From positions 224,001-288,000 of the forward strand of contig CAWKNZ010000008.1 of assembly GCA_963851265.1 (NCBI GenBank): 64,000 nucleotides of DNA, written 5' to 3'. Both the position numbers and the translations under genes were made by a program. The DNA is from an uncultured Gemmatimonadales bacterium. Its GTDB lineage: Bacteria; Gemmatimonadota; Gemmatimonadetes; Gemmatimonadales; Gemmatimonadaceae. Shown piece after piece: positions 36,929 to 45,546 of the stretch (the first letter of the stretch is position 1; each line of letters opens with the position of its first letter). The notes beneath the pieces are model-generated. The model saw only the letters and a list, made by a program, of their open reading frames with translations, had not been told where the DNA came from and ran no database searches.

Positions 36929-39900
36929 GTGTCAATTCCCGGACGCCGCTTCGGCAGCCCGGTCGTGCTCGCGACCGCCCTCTACGTGGCCGCACACGCG
37001 ACGTGGCTCGTGACAGGGTGGGGAGGAACGCAGCTGCGCTCCGCGATCGCGGACGGGTTCCTGCTCCCGACGTTCCTCGTGACGGCGGTCGCCGCCTACC
37101 GCGTCGCGCGAGCGCGCGGCCTCGACCCGCGCGTGCGCCGCGCCTGGAGCTGGCTCGGCGGGTCATACGTCCTACTCTGGGCGGCCAACATCGCGTGGAC
37201 GTGGCGTGACTTGGTTCCGGGCGCGCCGGCCGCGGTCGCCACATGGGCGCGCGTCGCGGCGCTCGCCTCGTACGCACCCCTCCTAACCGGACTCCTCGCG
37301 CTCCCGAACGCGCCCCGCACGCGGGACCAGCGCCGCCGCTTCGCCCTCGACCTCGCGACGACCGTGCTCGGCGCCGGCCTGGTGCTCTGGTGCCTCGTCA
37401 TCCGGCCGGCAGCCCTCGACCCTTCCGAAGGGGTGATACGCGGCCTTCTGGCGCACGCGCCGCCGGTGCTCGACTTCGCGGTCGTGGCCATCATCGTCGC
37501 GCTGCTGCTCGGACGCCTCGAGACCGGAAGCCGGGTGGCGCTCCGCGTGCTCGCCGCGGGGCAAACGCTGAGCGTGGGCGCCGGTGTCGTCACCGCCACC
37601 CTCGGCCATGTCACCCCGTTGCCGCCCGGGCACTGGGTCGACGGGCTCTGGATGCTCTCCGACGCGCTGCTGCTCGTCGCCGCCGACCTCCAGTACCGAC
37701 ACGGGCGCAGCGAGAACGCCCCCCTGCCGCGCGACGCGCGCGAGGCGAGAGATGCGCGCGACGAGGGTGAGGGTGGGTTCACCCTCCTCCCCTACGCCGG
37801 CATCGCACTCGGCTGCGCGCTCCTGCTCTTCCTCACGCGGCCGTGGTGGGGAGAGGCGGTCGGCGTCGCCGTGTTCGGGAGCGTCGCGCTCACCGCGCTG
37901 GTGCTCGTGCGCCAGATCGCCGCGCTGCGCGACAACCAGCGCCTGCTCTCGGAACGCCACGCGCAGAGCGAGTACTTCCGCGGCCTCATCGAACACGCGT
38001 CCGACGTCGTCTACGTGGTCGACCCCGACGGACACTTCCGCTACGCGAGCCCGGCCTCGGAGCGCATCTTCGGATTCTCGCGCTCCGCCGTCGGCGACCG
38101 GTCGCTGCTCGACTTCCTGCACGCGGACGACGTCGAGCGTGCACGTGCGGCGATCACCGCCGCGGCGTCCGGCACGCGCTCGACGGTCGAACTCCGCGCG
38201 CGTCATGCGAGCGGGACATGGCTCACCATCGAAGCCGTCGCCGCACAGCTGCCCGGCCGCACCGCCCAACTCGTGCTCAACGTGCGCGACGTGACCGAGC
38301 GGACCCGGGCGGAAGCCGAACGCGAGCGCCTCGTCGCCCAACGCGACGCCGAACGCGCCCTGCTCGACGCGGTACTCGAGCAGATGCCGGCCGCGGTGCT
38401 GATCGCCGACGCCGCGTCCGGACGGCTGCTCGTCGGCAACGACGTCGTCGACCGCATTTTCGACGGGGCCTGGTCCGCACAGGCGCGGGACGGCGCCGCC
38501 CTGAGCAGCCTCGCGTTCCACCCCGACGGCCGCCCGGTCACACCCGCGGAATGGCCGCTCGCACGCGCCGTGCGCGGCGAACAGGTGCTCGGCGAGGAGT
38601 TACGCGTGGCCGGCGCAGACGAGGGGACGGCATGGGTGCGGATCAGCGCCGGCCCCGTGCGCGACCGCGACGGGCGGATCGTCGCCGGCGTGGCCGTGGC
38701 CGAAGACGTCACGGAGCGCAAGCGCCTCGAAGCCCGACTCGAGCACCAGGCCTTCCACGACCCGCTCACACAACTCGCCAACCGCGCGCTGTTCCGCGAC
38801 CGCGTCGCGCAGGCGCTCGCCGCGGCGCAACGCGGCGGGACGCGACCGACGGTGCTCTTCCTCGATCTCGACGACTTCAAGGCGGTGAACGACGCGCTCG
38901 GCCACGCCGAGGGCGACCGGCTGCTGACGCAGGTGGCCGGACGCCTGCTGAACGCCACGCGCGGTTGCGACACCGTGGCGCGACTCGGCGGCGACGAGTT
39001 CGCGGTGCTGCTCGCGTCGACGAGTCATGGCGACGAGGCCGTCGTCGTGGCCAAACGCATCATCGAATCCCTCGGCCGCCCGTTCGCGCTCGGCGAGCGC
39101 GAGGTGTGCGTCGGCGCGAGCGTCGGAATCGCCGCGTCCGATCCGGCCGACGGAACCGACGAGGTGCTGCGGAACGCCGACCTCGCGATGTACCGCGCGA
39201 AGTCGCGCGGCAAAGGCACGCACGAGGTGTTCGCGTCGCAACTCTACGCCGAGGTCCACGACCGCGCGGCACTCGAAGCCGACCTCCGGCACGCGCTGCC
39301 GCGGGGCGAGTTCCGGCTCGAGTACCAGCCCATCGTCGACCTCGAATCGGAGTGCGTCGTCGGCGTCGAGGCGCTCGTCCGCTGGAACCACCCCGAGCGC
39401 GGCCCCGTGTCGCCGGCGCGCTTCATCGGGCTCGCCGAGGAGTCGGGCGCCATCATCCCGCTCGGCCGCTGGGTTCTCGACGCGGCGTGCCGGCAGGCCG
39501 CCGAGTGGCGCCGCGCCGGCGCGCGCGACCTGTACGTCGCCGTCAACATCTCCGGTCGGCAGCTGCAGCACCCGCCGTTCGCCGCCGAGGTGGCGGCCGC
39601 GCTCGACGAATCGGGGCTCGCGCCCGACGCGCTCCTGCTCGAGATCACCGAAGGGGTGATGATGGAAGCGACGGACGCGAACCTCGCGCGCCTCGCGGAG
39701 CTGAAGCGGTTGGGCGTGCGCCTCGCCATCGACGACTTCGGGATCGGCTACTCGTCGCTCAGCTACCTCCAGCGGTTCCCGGTCGACGTGCTCAAGATCG
39801 ACAAGAGCTTCGTCGACGGCGTGCACCTGCGCGACAGCGATCGCGCACTCGCGCGCACGATCGTCACCCTCGGCGAGGCGTTGTCGCTCCGCACGGTCGC

Positions 39901-40039
39901 TGAAGGCGTCGAGCACGCGGCGCAGCGCGACAGCCTCCGCGCGCTCGGGTGCGTGCTGGGGCAGGGGTACCTCTTCGCCCGGCCGCTCGCGCCGGCCACC
40001 GTGTCGGCCATGCTCGCGGCGGGCGCGCGAAACGGCTGA
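36929..40039 (+). CDS. Membrane-bound PAS-PAS-GGDEF-EAL c-di-GMP protein
   Basis: Multi-TM N-terminus, two PAS domains, GGDEF, EAL, DDFGIGYSSL. Confidence 0.93.
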   Translation: MSIPGRRFGSPVVLATALYVAAHATWLVTGWGGTQLRSAIADGFLLPTFLVTAVAAYRVARARGLDPRVRRAWSWLGGSYVLLWAANIAWTWRDLVPGAPAAVATWARVAALASYAPLLTGLLALPNAPRTRDQRRRFALDLATTVLGAGLVLWCLVIRPAALDPSEGVIRGLLAHAPPVLDFAVVAIIVALLLGRLETGSRVALRVLAAGQTLSVGAGVVTATLGHVTPLPPGHWVDGLWMLSDALLLVAADLQYRHGRSENAPLPRDAREARDARDEGEGGFTLLPYAGIALGCALLLFLTRPWWGEAVGVAVFGSVALTALVLVRQIAALRDNQRLLSERHAQSEYFRGLIEHASDVVYVVDPDGHFRYASPASERIFGFSRSAVGDRSLLDFLHADDVERARAAITAAASGTRSTVELRARHASGTWLTIEAVAAQLPGRTAQLVLNVRDVTERTRAEAERERLVAQRDAERALLDAVLEQMPAAVLIADAASGRLLVGNDVVDRIFDGAWSAQARDGAALSSLAFHPDGRPVTPAEWPLARAVRGEQVLGEELRVAGADEGTAWVRISAGPVRDRDGRIVAGVAVAEDVTERKRLEARLEHQAFHDPLTQLANRALFRDRVAQALAAAQRGGTRPTVLFLDLDDFKAVNDALGHAEGDRLLTQVAGRLLNATRGCDTVARLGGDEFAVLLASTSHGDEAVVVAKRIIESLGRPFALGEREVCVGASVGIAASDPADGTDEVLRNADLAMYRAKSRGKGTHEVFASQLYAEVHDRAALEADLRHALPRGEFRLEYQPIVDLESECVVGVEALVRWNHPERGPVSPARFIGLAEESGAIIPLGRWVLDAACRQAAEWRRAGARDLYVAVNISGRQLQHPPFAAEVAAALDESGLAPDALLLEITEGVMMEATDANLARLAELKRLGVRLAIDDFGIGYSSLSYLQRFPVDVLKIDKSFVDGVHLRDSDRALARTIVTLGEALSLRTVAEGVEHAAQRDSLRALGCVLGQGYLFARPLAPATVSAMLAAGARNG

Positions 40040-40134
40040 CGCCCGCCGACACGGCTTGCGCATGCGCGAGCCGGCCCCGACATTCGCGCCGAAACGCGGT
40101 ACAGAAGCGAGCCATTCTCCCCGTTCCGGACGTC

Positions 40135-41106
40135 ATGAGTCGCGCCGCCCGCTGGACCCCCAGTCCCGAGCAGACAGCCCTCTGGCCGTCGATCTCGGGC
40201 AACACGATCAACGGCGTGGGCGAGACAGCCGTACGTCGCCCCTCGCCCATCTACTGGCACGCGCCCGACGCCACGCCCCACGGACCGCTTCAACTCTGGT
40301 TCCTGCGGCGAACGACGCCGCTCGTCCAGGTGGCGCGGCAGGAGCGAACGGCCGCGATCGAGGCCCCCGTCGGACCGCTCGCACCGGTGCCGGTGGAACA
40401 GAGCGCGGACGATTGGTCGCGCGTTGTGAAGGTCGCCGCACTCGCCGCCGGCGCCGACGTGGTGGGCATCACGCGCGTGCAGCCACAGTGGGTGTTCGAG
40501 GGCCACGCCGTGCCCCAACGCTGGGCGATCATGCTCGGCGTGGCGCATGGCTGGGCGTCATTGCGGACCGCCCCCGCGGAAGAAGCGGCGGCGGAGGTGA
40601 TCCGCCAGTACGCGCGCGGCATCCGCGTCGCGAAAGAGGTGGCGTCCGCCATTCGCGCGCGGGGGCACGAGGCGGTGCCGCACGGCGGGCCGATGGCCTA
40701 CCCGATGCTCCTCGTCCCGGCCGCGATCGCGGCCGGGCTCGGCGAACTCGGCAAACACGGGTCGCTCATCAACCGCACGCTCGGCTCCAACCTGCGACTC
40801 GCGTGCGTGCTCACCGACGTGCCGCTCGTCGACGATGCGGTCGACGACTTCGGGGCCGCCGACTTCTGCACGCGGTGTCAGGCGTGCAGCAATGCCTGTC
40901 CGCCGCAGGCGATCGGGTCCGAGCCACAGCTGGTACGTGGCGAGCGACGCTGGTACGTGGACTTCGACCGCTGCCTGCCGTTCTTCAACGAACACCAGGG
41001 CTGTGGCATCTGTCTGTCGGTGTGCCCGTGGAATCACCCGGGGGTCGCGCCCAACCTCGTGCGCAAGCTGGCCCTGCGTCGCGAGCGCACGACCGTCGAC
41101 GCGTGA
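40135..41106 (+). CDS. Reductive-dehalogenase/QueG-superfamily 2x[4Fe-4S] protein (cobalamin-dependent fold)
   Basis: GADVVGI, AIAAGLGELGKHG, LRLACVLTD, CTRCQACSNACP, C-x9-CGICLSVCPW. Confidence 0.8.
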   Translation: MSRAARWTPSPEQTALWPSISGNTINGVGETAVRRPSPIYWHAPDATPHGPLQLWFLRRTTPLVQVARQERTAAIEAPVGPLAPVPVEQSADDWSRVVKVAALAAGADVVGITRVQPQWVFEGHAVPQRWAIMLGVAHGWASLRTAPAEEAAAEVIRQYARGIRVAKEVASAIRARGHEAVPHGGPMAYPMLLVPAAIAAGLGELGKHGSLINRTLGSNLRLACVLTDVPLVDDAVDDFGAADFCTRCQACSNACPPQAIGSEPQLVRGERRWYVDFDRCLPFFNEHQGCGICLSVCPWNHPGVAPNLVRKLALRRERTTVDA

Positions 41107-41151
41107 TGGACCGGTAGAGCGGGCGACGGCCGACCGCGCGTGCGCCGCAGC

Positions 41152-42927
41152 TCACCACGCGGGGACGCCGCGTTGGCGGTCGCGCGACGCGCGCAGCCGC
41201 GGGGCGTGCGCGGCGAGCAGGTCGCCGCGGGTGAGAATCCCGACCGCGGTGTGTGGATCGTCACGCGCGACGACGAGCAGGCGTCCGACGTCGTGCTCGA
41301 CCATCAGGTCGGCCGCGTCGCGCAGCGTGGCGTCGGACGCGACGGTGAGCGGGGCCCGGCCGACGAGGGTGCCGACCGCCGCGGCCGGCGTGCCGACCGG
41401 GCGTAGCAGGTCGCGCCGCGTCACGACCCCCAACAACCGCCCCGAGCCGTCGACCACGGGGTAGCCCTGGTGCGCAGCGTCGGCCCCGTCCGCATCGAGC
41501 CACCGACGCACCGCGTCGACGGGCCGCTCGGCGGGCAACGTCACGGGGTTGGGCGTCATGGCCGCGCGCACGGGCACGCCGGCCAGGTAGTCGGCGGTGT
41601 ACTCCGCCCGCACCTCGGCGCCTCGGCGTGCGAGGCGCTCGGTCATGATCGACCGCGGGTTGAGCAGCAGCGAGACCAGGTAAGCGGCCGCGCATCCGGC
41701 GAGCAGCGGCACGAGCCCGAGTGGCTGGCGCGTCGTCTCGAACGCGAAGATCACGGACGCCAGCACCGCGTGCGAGGCGCCGGCGAAGATGGCCGCCATC
41801 CCGACGAGTCCCGCGACGCGCGCGTCGACGCCCAGGGACGGCGCGATCCGCGCCACGACGCTCCCGATCCACGCGCCGATCCCACCGCCGATCGTGAACA
41901 GCGGCGCGAGCGTGCCGCCCGAGGTGCCGCTGCCCAGGTACACGACCCACGAGACGAACTTGAGCGCGACCAGAACGAGCAGCGCGCGCCCCGTGATCGT
42001 CCCGGTGAGCGCGCCGGCGATGTTGTCGTAGCCGACTCCGAGCGTCCGAGGCTCGACGAGGCCGACCAAACCCACCACTACTGCGCCACCTACGGGCCAC
42101 CACATCCAGTGGATGCCGAATCGGTGGCCGAGCTTCTCGAACCCGTCCTCGACTGCGTAACAGGCGCTGGTGATGCCGGCCGCGAGCGCGCCGATCCCTG
42201 CGCCGAGTGCGACGTAGCAGGCCACGGCCGCGAGTGACGGGGCGGCCACGGCGGGCATCGCGAATACGGGTGCCACTCCGTCGAAGGCGATCCGTACCGC
42301 GCCGGCGGCTGCGGCCGCGAGGGCCACCGGCACGAGCGAACGGGCGCGGTACTCGAAGAGCAGGAGTTCGACGGCCAGGAGCACCGCGCTCACGGGCGAA
42401 CCGAAGGTCGCGGCCATGCCGGCGGCGGCGCCGGCCGCGAGCAGGGTCTTGCGTTCGTCGGCCGTGACGTGGGCGAGTTGCCCGACGAGCGACCCGAACG
42501 AGCCACCCGTGGCGATGATCGGGCCTTCCGCACCGAACGGCCCCCCGGTGCCGATCGCGATCGCGGCTGAAAGGGGCTTGAGGAGGAGCAGGCGTGGCGG
42601 GATGCGGCTCTCGCCGTAGAGCACCTTCTCCATCACCTCCGGGATGCCGTGTCCGCGGATCGCAGCCGAGCCGTAGCGCGCCATCACGCCGACGGCGAGC
42701 GCTCCCGCGACCGGCACGAGGGCCGCCCAAGCGCCCAGGTGGTGACCTGCTGGTGACACGAAGTGGGCATCAGCGCGCCCGTAATACGCCAGATTCGTGA
42801 ACAGCCCGATGAGGCGTACGAGGAACTGGGCCAGGAGTGCGGCGATACCTCCGATCACCAGTGCGGCGGCCGCGACCGCCGCCGTGCGGGCATCGACCGG
42901 GCGCGAACGGTCGTGGTCAGCGGGCAC
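41152..42927 (-). CDS. ClC chloride channel/antiporter with CBS pair
   Basis: GHGIPE, GAEGP, GTSGGTLAP; two C-terminal CBS domains. Confidence 0.92.
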   Translation of the reverse strand: MPADHDRSRPVDARTAAVAAAALVIGGIAALLAQFLVRLIGLFTNLAYYGRADAHFVSPAGHHLGAWAALVPVAGALAVGVMARYGSAAIRGHGIPEVMEKVLYGESRIPPRLLLLKPLSAAIAIGTGGPFGAEGPIIATGGSFGSLVGQLAHVTADERKTLLAAGAAAGMAATFGSPVSAVLLAVELLLFEYRARSLVPVALAAAAAGAVRIAFDGVAPVFAMPAVAAPSLAAVACYVALGAGIGALAAGITSACYAVEDGFEKLGHRFGIHWMWWPVGGAVVVGLVGLVEPRTLGVGYDNIAGALTGTITGRALLVLVALKFVSWVVYLGSGTSGGTLAPLFTIGGGIGAWIGSVVARIAPSLGVDARVAGLVGMAAIFAGASHAVLASVIFAFETTRQPLGLVPLLAGCAAAYLVSLLLNPRSIMTERLARRGAEVRAEYTADYLAGVPVRAAMTPNPVTLPAERPVDAVRRWLDADGADAAHQGYPVVDGSGRLLGVVTRRDLLRPVGTPAAAVGTLVGRAPLTVASDATLRDAADLMVEHDVGRLLVVARDDPHTAVGILTRGDLLAAHAPRLRASRDRQRGVPAW

Positions 42928-43507
42928 GCGGTGCTCCGGCGTGCTCGGGGGCGGGGGTGCGGGGGCGGCGCGCAGTTGCCGTGCGTGCTTCGAAGAACAT
43001 GGTCGGGGCGACCGTGTCGAGGCCGGCCGCGGCCACCCAGCGGGTCAGGCCACGCGCGAGCGCCGCGCGCTCGTCGGCGGGCAGCGTCGCGAGGGCGTCG
43101 ACGAGGCGTTCGGGCACGCTCCGGCGGGCGCCGCGCACCGCAGCGCGACCCGCGGCGGTCAGATAGAGCGTGCGCTGGCGCCCGTCGGTGGCGTGGGCGC
43201 GCCGCTCGAGGAGACCGCGCGCGACGAGGCGGGCGACCACCTCGCTCGCGCTGCTCTGCTGGGTGTGCGTGCGTGCGGCGAGGGCGCCGAGGGCGAGGCC
43301 CGGCTCCGCGGCCGCGGCGCGGAGGGCGAAGAGTTGGGCCGCGCTCACGCCGTGCGCGCGCGCGGTGGCGCGCGTTGAGCCGCGGAGCGCGCGCACGAGA
43401 CGGCGGAGCGCGTCCATCGCGACCTGCGCGTCGGCGTCCAACGGGTGGGCGCTCGACGGCGAGGCGTCGTCCGGCGACGTGTTGGGCGGGGAAGCGGGAA
43501 TCGGCAT
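42917..43507 (-). CDS. MarR-family transcriptional regulator
   Basis: VSAAQLFAL, SSASEVVARLVARGL, DGRQRTLYLT; overlaps the ClC start. Confidence 0.88.
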   Translation of the reverse strand: MPIPASPPNTSPDDASPSSAHPLDADAQVAMDALRRLVRALRGSTRATARAHGVSAAQLFALRAAAAEPGLALGALAARTHTQQSSASEVVARLVARGLLERRAHATDGRQRTLYLTAAGRAAVRGARRSVPERLVDALATLPADERAALARGLTRWVAAAGLDTVAPTMFFEARTATARRPRTPAPEHAGAPRAR

Positions 43508-43519
43508 GGCGGAAATGTA

Positions 43520-43547
43520 CATCGGTCCCGATGCATCGGTCCCGATG
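43520..43547. promoter_or_regulatory. Tandem palindromic operator (CATCGG-TC-CCGATG, two copies), probable MarR autoregulatory site
   Basis: Two exact adjacent copies starting 13 bp upstream of the marR ATG. Confidence 0.65.
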
Positions 43548-43699
43548 CACCGGTGCCGTGCACAGCTGCCACACCAGGCGCACCGCGTGCACGGCGTGCC
43601 GGACCGTGCGGTCCGGGAATCGACGGCGGCGCGCGGGCACGGCACGACGGCTGCCCAACCCGGGCCCGTTGCTCATTCCCGTGCCCAGGAGAACTCTGT

Positions 43700-44716
43700 A
43701 TGGAACGCCCGGACTCACAGGCGCTCTCGCGCCGCCAGGTCGTCGGCGGAATCGCCGCCGGCGTTGCCGCCGCGATCGTCGCCCCGGCCGCCGCGCCCGC
43801 TGCCGCGAACGCCGCCGCGCCCACGGGCGAGGCACCGCCGGTGTCCAACCCGATCACGCAGTATCCCCAGCCGCCGTTCCCGGCGCAGTCGCAGCCGTGG
43901 CCCGGGCTCGCGGGGCAGATGAACCCGAAGCCCGACCACGGCGAGACGAGCTACAAGGGCTCGGGGCGCCTCGCCGGTCGCCGGGCGCTCGTCACGGGTG
44001 GCGACTCGGGGATCGGCCGCGCGGCCGCGATCGCCTTCGCCCGCGAGGGGGCGGACGTCGCGATCAACTACCTGCCCGCCGAGGAGCCCGACGCGCGTGA
44101 GGTCGTGCAGCTCATCCGCGCCGCGGGGCGCAAGGCGGTCGCGATCCCGGGCGACATCCGCACCGAAGCCTTCTGCACCCAGCTCGTCGCCGACGCCGTG
44201 CGCCAGCTCGGCGGCCTCGATCTGCTGGTCAACGTCGCCGGCCGTCAGCAGCAGCGGCAGAAGATCGCCGAGCTCACCACCGACGACTTCGACGCGACGC
44301 TCAAGACCAACGCGTACGCGCTGTTCTGGATCACCAAGGCCGCGCTCCCGCACATGGGGCCGGGCTCGTCCATCATCAACACCACCTCCGAGCAGGCGTT
44401 CAACCCGTCGCCCAACCTGCTCGACTACGCGCCCACCAAGGCGTTCATCGCCACGTTCACCAAGGCGCTGGCGAAGCAGGTGGTGAAGCAGGGCGTGCGC
44501 GTGAACGCCGTGGCGCCGGGGCCGTACTGGACGCCCCTACAGGTCTCGGGGGGGCAGTCGCCCGAGAAGCTGCCGGAGTTCGGGGCCGACACGCCATACG
44601 GGCGCCCGGGGCAGCCGGCCGAAATCGCCCCCCTCTACGTGCACCTGGCCGCGGGCGAGGCGAGCTACGCGACGGGGCAGGTGATGGGCGAGTCGGCGGG
44701 CCACGGGATGCCCTGA
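43700..44716 (+). CDS. SDR oxidoreductase (YghA-like) with a Tat-like N-terminal signal
   Basis: DHGETSYKGSGRL, TGGDSGIG, YAPTK; N-terminal SRRQVV plus hydrophobic stretch; AGGAG RBS. Confidence 0.9.
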   Translation: MERPDSQALSRRQVVGGIAAGVAAAIVAPAAAPAAANAAAPTGEAPPVSNPITQYPQPPFPAQSQPWPGLAGQMNPKPDHGETSYKGSGRLAGRRALVTGGDSGIGRAAAIAFAREGADVAINYLPAEEPDAREVVQLIRAAGRKAVAIPGDIRTEAFCTQLVADAVRQLGGLDLLVNVAGRQQQRQKIAELTTDDFDATLKTNAYALFWITKAALPHMGPGSSIINTTSEQAFNPSPNLLDYAPTKAFIATFTKALAKQVVKQGVRVNAVAPGPYWTPLQVSGGQSPEKLPEFGADTPYGRPGQPAEIAPLYVHLAAGEASYATGQVMGESAGHGMP

Positions 44717-44806
44717 CCGGCGTGCGGGCCGGAGTTGTCGGCGCGCGCGCCGGCGCGCTGACGCGCGCGGCCGTGTGCCCATCCGACGCCTCGCGCGTCG
44801 GATGGA

Positions 44807-45469
44807 GTGCCCGCCGCCCGCCTCCCCTTCTGCCCGCGCGTCTGCCCGCGCGCGCGCGTCGCCGCGGGGCTGGCCGTGTTGTGGTTGGCCGGCGGATGTG
44901 CGTGGGGTCGCAGCCGCGGCGACGTCGCGGGGGGGGCGCCCACGACGACGCCACTGGCGCCGGTGTTCCGCGCCGACGGGCGCGCGGTGATGCACTGGCC
45001 GTCGCGCGTGCGTCGGCCGCTCACCGTGTGGGTGGCCGACCCGGCCTCCCACCCCGACGGGCGCGGCGACGACCGCACCGTCGTCATGGACGCGCTCGCG
45101 GCGTGGGGTGACGTTGGACTCCCGATCCGCTTCGCGCTCGTCGCCGACTCCGTACGGGCCGACGTCACGGTCGGGTGGACCGACCACCTCGCCCCGCCGC
45201 TCACCGGCAGCACCGCGTGGCGATGGGATTCCCGGGGCTGGGTGACGCACGCGCACGTCACCCTCGCCCGCCGCCACGCGGACCGCACGCGCGTGGAGGG
45301 TGCCGAGCTGCGCGCGATCGCCCTCCACGAACTCGGCCACGCCCTCGGCCTCGGTCACGCCGCCGACAGCGCCAGCGTCATGGCACCGTTCGTCGTCGCG
45401 CGCGACCTCACGGACGCCGACGCGCGCGCGGCCCGGATGCTCTACACGCTCCCGCCCGGCCGGCGCTGA
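44807..45469 (+). CDS. Matrixin-like (M10) zinc metalloprotease, possible lipoprotein
   Basis: HELGHALGLGH and SVM Met-turn. Confidence 0.8.
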   Translation: MPAARLPFCPRVCPRARVAAGLAVLWLAGGCAWGRSRGDVAGGAPTTTPLAPVFRADGRAVMHWPSRVRRPLTVWVADPASHPDGRGDDRTVVMDALAAWGDVGLPIRFALVADSVRADVTVGWTDHLAPPLTGSTAWRWDSRGWVTHAHVTLARRHADRTRVEGAELRAIALHELGHALGLGHAADSASVMAPFVVARDLTDADARAARMLYTLPPGRR

Positions 45470-45546
45470 GACGCCCGCGGCGTCGCGACGTCAGTCGACC
45501 GGGACGGCCGACCGGGACGGCGCGCGGCGACTGACGCGGCGAGCGC

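Noticed and set aside
43640..43655. Sigma-54-like GG-N10-GC element (CGGCACGACGGCTGC) upstream of the SDR
   Set aside because: Imperfect match that arises easily by chance at this GC content; no enhancer-binding protein nearby.
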